Source: Candidatus Micrarchaeota archaeon
GTDB lineage: Archaea; Micrarchaeota; Micrarchaeia; Micrarchaeales; CABMGC01
DNA length: 64,000 bases
Reading direction: 5' to 3'
Assembly: GCA_028867335.1 (NCBI GenBank)
Contig: JAGWGN010000001.1
Location: 22,910 to 86,909, forward strand
Notes under the pieces: model-generated
Database searches by the model: none
Told to the model about the DNA's origin: nothing
The model's input: the letters and a program-made list of their open reading frames with translations, nothing else
Position numbers and translations under genes: made by a program
Shown: positions 56,951 through 64,000 of the stretch, one piece after another
How positions within the stretch are numbered: the first letter of the stretch is position 1
Layout: each line of letters starts with the position of its first letter

Positions 56951-57442
56951 TCAATTGCCTAAGGCTTCCCCAAGCTTGTCAAGAGACTCGTTCCAGCCCT
57001 GCCTTGCCCTGTCGATCATTTCGTCTGGAAGCCCCATGTATCTAACGGTGAGCTTGGTCTTTCCCCCAACCTCATTGAATGTGACCGTGACCATGGCCTC
57101 AAGCGCCATATCTGCGCTCATGCCGTAGGTTGACGCAGGGATAACGTTTCCCTTCTCGTCCGAGAAGCTGGTTGTTGCCACGATCTTGCTATGCGGAACT
57201 ATCTCCTTGAACTTGCCCGTGTTCCAAAAGTCCTTCTGCCCACCCATCGCCTTTGCGATCTCATCAGATGCGCGCATGCAGTAGAGGTACTTTCCTCCGA
57301 CTTTGAAGTCTATTGTGATAAATGGTGCCGTGAATCCTCTCGGTCCCCACCACTTCATAATCTCCTTTTGCGTGGTCCATGCCTTCCACACCCTCTCCCT
57401 TGGCACATCGAAAATCCGCTCTACGACAAGTTCCTTGCCCAT
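56951..57442 (-). CDS. SRPBCC / AHSA1 domain protein
   Basis: ERIFDVPRERVWKAWT, WWGP, GWNESLDKL. Confidence 0.92.
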   Translation of the reverse strand: MGKELVVERIFDVPRERVWKAWTTQKEIMKWWGPRGFTAPFITIDFKVGGKYLYCMRASDEIAKAMGGQKDFWNTGKFKEIVPHSKIVATTSFSDEKGNVIPASTYGMSADMALEAMVTVTFNEVGGKTKLTVRYMGLPDEMIDRARQGWNESLDKLGEALGN

Positions 57443-57444
57443 TA

Positions 57445-57639
57445 TTATCTACCCTTCTGTGCAATCTTCTTAACCTTCAAATATAATCCTAAGTCAAAGT
57501 TCGCAGATTCGAGTACGGAGTTTATCAAAACTGCCTGCTGTCTTGACCATTGGGCATCGGTGCTGACTCTTATGTGGTTGGCCCATAATCTAACAAAACT
57601 GAGCCTTTCAACCATGTCTCTTTTACTATGCGATTCCAT
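57445..57639 (-). CDS. Small partner protein of the nucleotidyltransferase
   Basis: 64 aa, overlaps the upstream gene; FVRLWANHI...WSRQQAVLINS. Confidence 0.65.
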   Translation of the reverse strand: MESHSKRDMVERLSFVRLWANHIRVSTDAQWSRQQAVLINSVLESANFDLGLYLKVKKIAQKGR

Positions 57640-58228
57640 ATCTCTTCATCCACTTTTCTACCTTAAGTTCCTTACTCATCTTTGCCATCAATTCCTTATT
57701 AAGTTTGCCCTTGAAGAGCTCACTTATATGAACTGCGTCCTCAATGTCCTTTTCTGATCCCAACCAGAGCTTGAATGGTATCTGAACCTCAAGTGGCGAC
57801 ATGAAAAATATCCTTCTCTTTACGATTACCTTCAAAGGCGTTCTGAGAATCGTCAAGTCAAGGACCTTCTTCGGGAATTTTATCTCAAAATTCGGTATCC
57901 ATTTCCCCTTCTCAGCAATTCTTATTGCAAGCCCATCTTCAAGGAATCCAAAAGCCTCCCTTTTGCTGTCGGTGTTCACTATCCAGTATCCATTTTCAAT
58001 CAGCCTGTCAAAAAACAAGGAGAATCTTCGGTAACTTAGTTTCTCTATAAAGAGATCTATGTCCTCGGTGGTCCTGCTCCTGCCCAAAAAGATCGCAACG
58101 TAGCCGCTTACTATTACATATCTTATCTTGGACTTTGAAACCAGGTCCAAAAAATCTAGCACGATCCTGTCAAGCTCGTTAAGCGTCTTGTCGAACTTAA
58201 GAGTCCCTTTTTCAAGGCTAAATTTCAC
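57626..58228 (-). CDS. Pol-beta-superfamily nucleotidyltransferase-like protein
   Basis: VSGYVAIFLGRSRTTEDIDLF...KLWLGSEKDIEDA; GTG start. Confidence 0.75.
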   Translation of the reverse strand: MKFSLEKGTLKFDKTLNELDRIVLDFLDLVSKSKIRYVIVSGYVAIFLGRSRTTEDIDLFIEKLSYRRFSLFFDRLIENGYWIVNTDSKREAFGFLEDGLAIRIAEKGKWIPNFEIKFPKKVLDLTILRTPLKVIVKRRIFFMSPLEVQIPFKLWLGSEKDIEDAVHISELFKGKLNKELMAKMSKELKVEKWMKRYGIA

Positions 58229-58242
58229 TTACGCACTACAGG

Positions 58243-58348
58243 TGGCGCCTCGGCCGGGATTCGAACCCGGGTTTCAGGGTCTATTAGAGCAAACTAATAG
58301 GCTTACCAGCGTGACAGGCTAGTGTGCTAACCACTACACTACCGAGAC
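58243..58348 (-). tRNA. tRNA-Asp(GTC) with ~31-nt intron in the variable loop (~58273-58303)
   Basis: GTCTCGG/CCGAGGC acceptor, CTAGC-CTGTCAC-GCTGG, TTCGAAT loop, CCA encoded; insert forms CTATTAG/CTAATAG hairpin. Confidence 0.9.
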
Positions 58349-58395
58349 ACACACCCACTACTTATTGGTGGATAAATGGTTAAAATGCTTTGGTT

Positions 58396-58656
58396 TTAGT
58401 AGGAATAATCATGGTGTTCAAAGGATTTGAGTGCTACCTGTCGTATTTCCTCATTTATTGTATATTCCAAAACAAATGGGCCGATGTGCACATGCCATAT
58501 TCCTTTTAGGTAGGATCTCATCGGGTCTGCAATTCTAGGATTAATGAGGAGTTGGCCAATCTTTCTGTATAGCTGCCTGTGCGTCGCAAGGTCCCTTCTT
58601 CTAAGTTTGTTTAACTCCTTTTGGAGTTTATTTGGTACGAAAAGCGAATAAGGCAT
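58396..58656 (-). CDS. RelE/StbE family toxin
   Basis: KELNKL...LLINP..ADPMRSYLKGIWHVHIGPFVLEY...FEHHD. Confidence 0.8.
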   Translation of the reverse strand: MPYSLFVPNKLQKELNKLRRRDLATHRQLYRKIGQLLINPRIADPMRSYLKGIWHVHIGPFVLEYTINEEIRQVALKSFEHHDYSY

Positions 58657-58705
58657 CTCATCCTCTCGCCAAGGTCCGTCCTATGCAACACCCAGAATTA
58701 GGCTA

Positions 58706-58984
58706 TTACGAAGTTGCTTTTGCAAACTCCGCGAAATCCTTGTAAACCGTGCCTTTTATTTTTCCATTTTTGTAATCCGTCAGCCATTTCTTGATTCTTT
58801 TTGCAGCCTCCGGTTTAATTTTGTGGTCTTTGACGGGTTTACCACAGTATTCGCAAATATTAGACTCCCTTTCATTTTCCTTGACTACCTTCTCCAAAAG
58901 CATAGTAATCCTGTCAAGTTTCCTCTCTATACGTCCCTCCACCGCTTTCTTTCTTTGAACGCTTACAGCCTTCATTTCTACCAA
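58706..58984 (-). CDS. Putative antitoxin with CxxC insert
   Basis: Upstream of toxin; IKPEAAKRIKK...KGTVYKDFAEF tail. Confidence 0.55.
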   Translation of the reverse strand: MVEMKAVSVQRKKAVEGRIERKLDRITMLLEKVVKENERESNICEYCGKPVKDHKIKPEAAKRIKKWLTDYKNGKIKGTVYKDFAEFAKATS

Positions 58985-59036
58985 TTAATTTACTTTCTTA
59001 ACTGCTTTAAACCTTCCGAAATTTTTATAAAAATTA

Positions 59037-59498
59037 TTAACTTTTATTGCCCAAAATCTGTTTCTGCAGAGCTCTTAGTTCCTTCTCCGTTGCCTTTGGC
59101 CCCATAAGGGTTGAGACGTATCCCGGGTACTCCTCGAAGAAGATCTCCTGCTTTGCGAGCACCTCCTCGAACTCCTTTTGGTGCAGGCCTATTGCAGGGT
59201 AGAGCTTCGCGTGGAGGTGGTTCACCCCCATGCCTTCTAGTACCATATGGACTCTCCCAACATCAATCCCCTTTTCAAGTACTGCTGCAACCTTTTTTAT
59301 CGCCTTGATGAACTCGGCAAGCACCGCATCGTCAAGCTTGAATGCATCGCTTTGGTAGTGCCTCTTTGGGATCACAAGCGTCTGCCCCCTGATGTTTGGG
59401 AAGATGTCTAGGAACGCGTAGAAATTTTCGTCCTCCCAGATCTTGTAGGAGGGAATCTCCCCATTTGCAATCCTGCAGAACAGGCAGCTTTCGGCCAT
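59037..59498 (-). CDS. HIT family hydrolase
   Basis: CLFCRIANGEIP, AFLDIFP, NHLHAKLYP. Confidence 0.9.
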   Translation of the reverse strand: MAESCLFCRIANGEIPSYKIWEDENFYAFLDIFPNIRGQTLVIPKRHYQSDAFKLDDAVLAEFIKAIKKVAAVLEKGIDVGRVHMVLEGMGVNHLHAKLYPAIGLHQKEFEEVLAKQEIFFEEYPGYVSTLMGPKATEKELRALQKQILGNKS

Positions 59499-59557
59499 AT
59501 CCTTACTATTCCATTGCAGGATTTATAACTTTACCGCGATATATCTGCGGTGAGATC

Positions 59558-60202
59558 ATGAACATAGGGGTACTTGGGACAGGAATGGTCGGACGTGTAA
59601 TATCAAGCAAGCTGATTCAGCTGGGCCACAGCGTCAAGATGGGATCAAGGACTGCTGACAATGCGTCAGCTGCGGAGTGGGTGAAGGCAAACGGCGCAGG
59701 CGCTACCCAGGGAACATTTGAGGACGCGGCAAAGTTCGGTGAGATTGTATTCAACTGCACGCTGGGCATGGCATCTCTTGAGGCGCTGAAGGCGGCAGGC
59801 GAGCAGAACCTGGGCGGAAAGATCCTTGTCGACCTCTCAAACCCCCTTGACTTCTCGCACGGCATGCCCCCATCATTTTCCGTTTGCAACACCGACTCGC
59901 TCGGCGAGCAGATCCAAAGGGCATTCCCTGCGGCCAAGGTTGTCAAGACCTTAAACACGATGAATGCGCTCATCATGGTCAATCCCTCGATTGTCCCAGG
60001 CGAACATGACATCTTTGTGTGCGGAGACGATTCTGCCGCCAAGGCAAAGGTAAGCGAGATTCTCAAGGCATTCGGCTGGAGCTCCATACTTGACATGGGG
60101 GACATCAAGAGCGCAAGGGGAACGGAGATGCTTGTTATGATGTGGGCGCTGCTCTACGGAAAGTTCGGCAGCCCGAACTTCAACTTCAGGATAGTGAAGT
60201 AG
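59558..60202 (+). CDS. NADP oxidoreductase, F420_oxidored family
   Basis: GVLGTGMVG, GSR, VDLSNPL, VVKTLNT, CGDD. Confidence 0.88.
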   Translation: MNIGVLGTGMVGRVISSKLIQLGHSVKMGSRTADNASAAEWVKANGAGATQGTFEDAAKFGEIVFNCTLGMASLEALKAAGEQNLGGKILVDLSNPLDFSHGMPPSFSVCNTDSLGEQIQRAFPAAKVVKTLNTMNALIMVNPSIVPGEHDIFVCGDDSAAKAKVSEILKAFGWSSILDMGDIKSARGTEMLVMMWALLYGKFGSPNFNFRIVK

Positions 60203-60436
60203 TCATTTTGCCCTTAGGAATTTGAATCTCGGCACCATTTTGCCGTTTATTTTTACCTTTTCGGCAAACATCTTCGCTGGCCTCACCCAGATTGCGTTCT
60301 TTCCGAACTCCCTGCTTTTGTAGAATGCCTGATAGACAACAAGTTCATCCAGCGTCTCGCTGTGCCGCGCAATTCCCAGGACCCTGTACCTCTTGCCTTT
60401 GTAGTGCCCGTATATTCCCTTTTTTATCTTAATCAT
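60203..60436 (-). CDS. DUF1653 family protein
   Basis: YGHYKG..Y, HSET, VVYQA, WVRP..MF, PRF. Confidence 0.9.
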   Translation of the reverse strand: MIKIKKGIYGHYKGKRYRVLGIARHSETLDELVVYQAFYKSREFGKNAIWVRPAKMFAEKVKINGKMVPRFKFLRAK

Positions 60437-60934
60437 CTAATCCCCGGAAAGAATCCTCTTGATTGACTCCACAATCTCCTCTATCGCCTTGTCTGTGACC
60501 TTCTCGTTTCTTTTATCCTCCTCCGGGGAATAGACCTTCTTGTGCTCCTCCCCGACGATTCCCCTTCCGCCGCCCGCCGCGATCGCCCCATCTAGAACCG
60601 GGTTTGGTATGCGCATCCTGACCTCGTCTAGGTCCACCGTGAAATCTATGCTCGTGTTCACCTTGTAGAGCGCCTCAATCTCGTTAGGCATCGTCTTTAG
60701 TATGTAGTTTAGCGCCCCGTACTTTGTTTGGAGCAGCTCCTCAAAGAGCTTGAGCAACTCCCTTAACTGCCTCTTCTCATCACCTGTGTAGTCCTTGAAG
60801 TAGTCACCGCGCCTGACAAGCAGCCCTTTCTCTATCTGCTTTATCCGCTTTACCAGCGGCTCCTCCTCAAGGTTCTTGTGCAGCCTCTTTACTGCCTCGC
60901 TTGGCTCTTCCTCTGGCTTGTTTGGCGGATACAT
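60437..60934 (-). CDS. Hypothetical protein
   Basis: 165-aa charged ORF. Confidence 0.65.
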   Translation of the reverse strand: MYPPNKPEEEPSEAVKRLHKNLEEEPLVKRIKQIEKGLLVRRGDYFKDYTGDEKRQLRELLKLFEELLQTKYGALNYILKTMPNEIEALYKVNTSIDFTVDLDEVRMRIPNPVLDGAIAAGGGRGIVGEEHKKVYSPEEDKRNEKVTDKAIEEIVESIKRILSGD

Positions 60935-61030
60935 ATCAACGTAGAAGCAATCTCCTCGCTGATATAAAATACCTTTGGGAATTTTGGCAATAGTAATTTA
61001 AATTTGAGGAACCCTGTCTAATGTGATACT

Positions 61031-61273
61031 ATGAAAAACGGCAAGAAGCCCTCAAGAAACGAGCTCATGAACGATTACAAGCTACTAGACAAGATGTCCA
61101 GGGAGATAATCCTTCACCAAAAGAATATCAAAATCATCCGCGACGCGATCGCAAAGAAGGTGAACTCGGACGTCAAGTTCGGCCTGATTGAGAACCTTGA
61201 TGTGGTCATGGGCCACATGAAGAAGGCGATGAAGGAGATGGACGATGCGCGCAAGGAGCTCAAGGAGATCTAG
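61031..61273 (+). CDS. Hypothetical coiled-coil protein
   Basis: 80 aa, TTTAAATT upstream. Confidence 0.6.
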   Translation: MKNGKKPSRNELMNDYKLLDKMSREIILHQKNIKIIRDAIAKKVNSDVKFGLIENLDVVMGHMKKAMKEMDDARKELKEI

Positions 61274-61297
61274 ATCCCTCTTTTTATCAGAAAGAAC

Positions 61298-61401
61298 TCC
61301 CGTTGGGGAGAATCGAACTCCCAACCTGTCGGTATCCAGCAATGCATAGCAGTGCTAGTCACAAACTACAGCCGACCGCTCTACCTTTGAGCTACAACGG
61401 G
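61298..61401 (-). tRNA. tRNA-Tyr(GTA) with ~32-nt intron at 37/38 (~61334-61365)
   Basis: C1-G72 acceptor CCCGTTG/CAACGGG; GTCGG-CTGTAG[intron]A-CCGAC; TTCGATT loop. Confidence 0.9.
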
Positions 61402-61522
61402 GCATAATCATTATTGCCTTAAGATTAATATTAATATCCGATTACGCCGTATCCGGGCTAATTATACAAAACCATAAACCTGATTTAAAAACTCCAAGGG
61501 CCAAAGCAATCTGTCTGATTCA

Positions 61523-61987
61523 ATGGCGCTTTTCAGGGAAAAACCCGCATCCCAGAGGAAGGACGTGCACATCCTCGAGCTCTGCGAGACCGCCGACATA
61601 GACCGCATATACGGCGCTCTGAAGGAGGCGCTGAGGGAGGGCGGGGCCAAGGGCGCATTCCGCGACGGCGCGCAGATAAACCAGCTGCTCAACTCCAAGG
61701 GGATGGTCGCGATCTGGCACATCCTGGAGAACGCCCCCAACTATGCCGAGGAGCTTGCCGCGATGCGAAAGGGCTATGAGGAGAGGGGAAAAGTCGTCCC
61801 AGAGTCCGCCCAGGCAGCCTTCATAGCAAAATACTCAAACCCTGACCATCTGGTCGCGATCGTCGAGGTCGGCGAATCGAGCATTCGGGTGCGCACGTAC
61901 GGGCTTGAAAAGGGGATGGTGCTCTCCGCGCTGCTGAGGGAGAGGCTGATTGGCGAGGGGCTCTGCAGCCCTGAGCAGAATATGTGA
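61523..61987 (+). CDS. Hypothetical protein
   Basis: 154 aa, first of three tightly spaced ORFs. Confidence 0.65.
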   Translation: MALFREKPASQRKDVHILELCETADIDRIYGALKEALREGGAKGAFRDGAQINQLLNSKGMVAIWHILENAPNYAEELAAMRKGYEERGKVVPESAQAAFIAKYSNPDHLVAIVEVGESSIRVRTYGLEKGMVLSALLRERLIGEGLCSPEQNM

Positions 61988-61991
61988 TAAG

Positions 61992-62441
61992 ATGGCAACC
62001 GACGCAATCTCAAAGAAGACCTACTACGGGGTGAACGAGGAGAAGTTCGAGAAGTTCGCGTTCGCGCTCTCCGAGAAGATGGCTCCGTACCTGGATGGCG
62101 AGAGGGTGATCGGGCGCTTTAGGCTCAAGGACCTGACAAGGTACATCATCTACGACCGCGTCCCCTCGCACCTAATCGGGCTGGGGCAGATACTAAAGGG
62201 CGCAGAGGTGGAGGCGCAGTTCGCTCTGCATCCCGAATTCTTTAGGATTGCGGTAATAATGGATCTGCACAGGGGCTCACTTGACATGGGGCTCGGCTCC
62301 GATTTCGTGGGCCATCTGCAGCAGACGTTCGCAGAGACATACGCTCCGCTGCTAAAGCAGTACAACATCCCTGCGGGCTCCGCCACTCCGATATTTCGTC
62401 AGGTCCGAAGGGACTCAGGGTTCGACAACAATGCCAAATAA
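61992..62441 (+). CDS. Hypothetical protein
   Basis: 149 aa from ATG 61992. Confidence 0.65.
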   Translation: MATDAISKKTYYGVNEEKFEKFAFALSEKMAPYLDGERVIGRFRLKDLTRYIIYDRVPSHLIGLGQILKGAEVEAQFALHPEFFRIAVIMDLHRGSLDMGLGSDFVGHLQQTFAETYAPLLKQYNIPAGSATPIFRQVRRDSGFDNNAK

Positions 62442-63228
62442 GATGATAAAGGAGGAGGAGTCGCTCAAGAAGAGCAGGCTGATCCTCGAGGCCGCGCTTA
62501 GCAGCGTGTGCGAGAGGGCGAGCGGCCACTTCAAGGGGCTGCCGCTGATCCGCTGGAGGATAAGCAAGGACCTCACAGTAGTCAACCTGCTCGACACCAA
62601 GCGCCCCGGTGGCGGCGCTGAGGCAGACCCTCTGATGACGATAAGGATCAAGGATGGCCTATACAGCCTCAACCCTCGCGAGAACGAGCAGGAGCTGCTC
62701 AACATGCTGGTGCAGGAGGTGAGGAGGCTTAACGCGGCAGAGGGCATCAGCTCTTATGTGGTGGATTCGGTCAGGATCCTCAGCCTGCCCCAGGGCGATC
62801 GGTTCGCCCCAGAGAGCAACCCCACGAAGATCATCGAGAACATGAACCAGAACCTGCCTGTCGACAACCTGATAAACGTCGCGACCAGAAGGATGATGGA
62901 CCTCAAGATCCTAGGCGAGGACACAATCTCGCTGAGGGGGAAGGACCAGAGCGGCAACAACGTCTGGGAGATCTACGACAACGCCCTGCCCATGCTCAAC
63001 CAGATACCCCCTTTAGAGGATGAGGAGATGGAGATGCAGAACCCCCAGAACCTGCGCGTCGCGCTAAACAACACCAAGGGCTCAAAGCCCATGCTCGCGA
63101 TAAGGCGCGCGGGGAGCGAGCTGCACATGTACGCGAACACGGAGAGCGGAAAGATACTCCTCGCATTCATGGACCACGCGATCCTGGAGGATTGCCTTGG
63201 CAGCGCAAGGCGCGAGCTAAACGGCTAA
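62431..63228 (+). CDS. Hypothetical protein
   Basis: 265 aa, overlaps the previous ORF. Confidence 0.65.
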   Translation: MPNKMIKEEESLKKSRLILEAALSSVCERASGHFKGLPLIRWRISKDLTVVNLLDTKRPGGGAEADPLMTIRIKDGLYSLNPRENEQELLNMLVQEVRRLNAAEGISSYVVDSVRILSLPQGDRFAPESNPTKIIENMNQNLPVDNLINVATRRMMDLKILGEDTISLRGKDQSGNNVWEIYDNALPMLNQIPPLEDEEMEMQNPQNLRVALNNTKGSKPMLAIRRAGSELHMYANTESGKILLAFMDHAILEDCLGSARRELNG

Positions 63229-63284
63229 GGCGCAACTTCTCAGTCGAATGCAAGGTTTAAAATCCCCCCCTTCAATATACTAGC

Positions 63285-64000
63285 ATGCCAGAGACTTCGA
63301 AAGTTGGCAGGCCTAGCGTCGATACTGCAAAGAAGCCCTCCCCGTCGTTTGGCAAGAGGCCCACACCTGCAAAGAGCGAGCCCACATACAAGCTCACCCC
63401 GCTCTACATGTACAAGTTCAAGGACATGCTCCGCCAGCTCGTCTCAGCGCAGCACTTCCCTGACGCCGTGGCCGCAGTGTTTGCGCTGATCTCGGTCGCA
63501 TCGGCGCTCCCGCTCTTTCCCCTCCCGATACTCGGGATTCTCACGGTCTTCACATTCATCATAACGCTGCTCCAGCCGCTGATCGGGCTGATGGCGCTGC
63601 TCTTTGAGACCTTCCCAATGTTCCTCTTCCAGGTCCCTCTGATCGCCTGGCTCTTCACGCTCTTTATGAGCCTCTCGTTCTTTTTGGGATACAAGCACTA
63701 CCGCTCCATCATCTTCATCTTCGCCCTGCTAGCCCTGCCCTTCTCCATTTTCGGATACATCTTCGAGATACCTGTGTTCGTGCTGACGATTCTCACAATC
63801 GGGCTCAAGAGGGGCGCGATAGCAGCGGCAATAACCGTGCTGATCGTGTCCGCCTCCTCCGGCCTGACCGGGATAACAAACACTGGTAGCATAGCCTTCA
63901 ACTCCACCTACGCATTCGCGCAGACTGTAAACAACGGCGCAAGCCTCTTCACGGTCCCAGGCAAGGCGCTGCCCACATTCGCCACCTTCTCAGGCGCATT
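63285..64000 (+). CDS. Polytopic membrane protein (runs off the right edge of the window)
   Basis: Manual translation MPETSKVGRPSVDTAKKP...VAAVFALISVASALPLFPLPILGILTVF...; not in the ORF track. Confidence 0.75.
   Translation, partial: MPETSKVGRPSVDTAKKPSPSFGKRPTPAKSEPTYKLTPLYMYKFKDMLRQLVSAQHFPDAVAAVFALISVASALPLFPLPILGILTVFTFIITLLQPLIGLMALLFETFPMFLFQVPLIAWLFTLFMSLSFFLGYKHYRSIIFIFALLALPFSIFGYIFEIPVFVLTILTIGLKRGAIAAAITVLIVSASSGLTGITNTGSIAFNSTYAFAQTVNNGASLFTVPGKALPTFATFSGA

Noticed and set aside
16724..61401. Integrated provirus or att duplications at tRNAs
   Set aside because: No integrase, capsid or packaging genes and no duplicated tRNA 3' ends seen by eye.

Overview
Chromosomal segment of a DPANN archaeon, most likely Micrarchaeota. 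Evidence: archaeal ribosomal, translation and replication genes, a ~380-aa three-unit (epsilon2-like) tRNA splicing endonuclease and a gyrB-gyrA pair. Core content: DHH/prefoldin, Lhr, gyrAB, TFE, GINS15-L44e-aIF2alpha-PAC2, RadA-Dph5, Taw1, EndA, PriS, L15e, the L3-to-SUI1 ribosomal cluster, and six tRNAs (two with introns, one at a non-canonical variable-loop position). Accessory content: (1) a ~3.0-kb AT-rich transposon (2399-5429) with a 9-bp target duplication, multi-repeat ends, a SWIM-DDE transposase and passenger genes; (2) an AT-rich restriction-modification pair and a deaminase gene, interleaved with two blocks of unexplained ~124-bp covarying fold-back repeats (54014-55083), the best candidate for an undescribed system; (3) several toxin-antitoxin-like pairs. 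I also noted a recurrent TTCCACTA motif about 20 bp upstream of TATA boxes and a candidate GNRA-capped small RNA upstream of radA. All calls are from reading the sequence; no searches were run.
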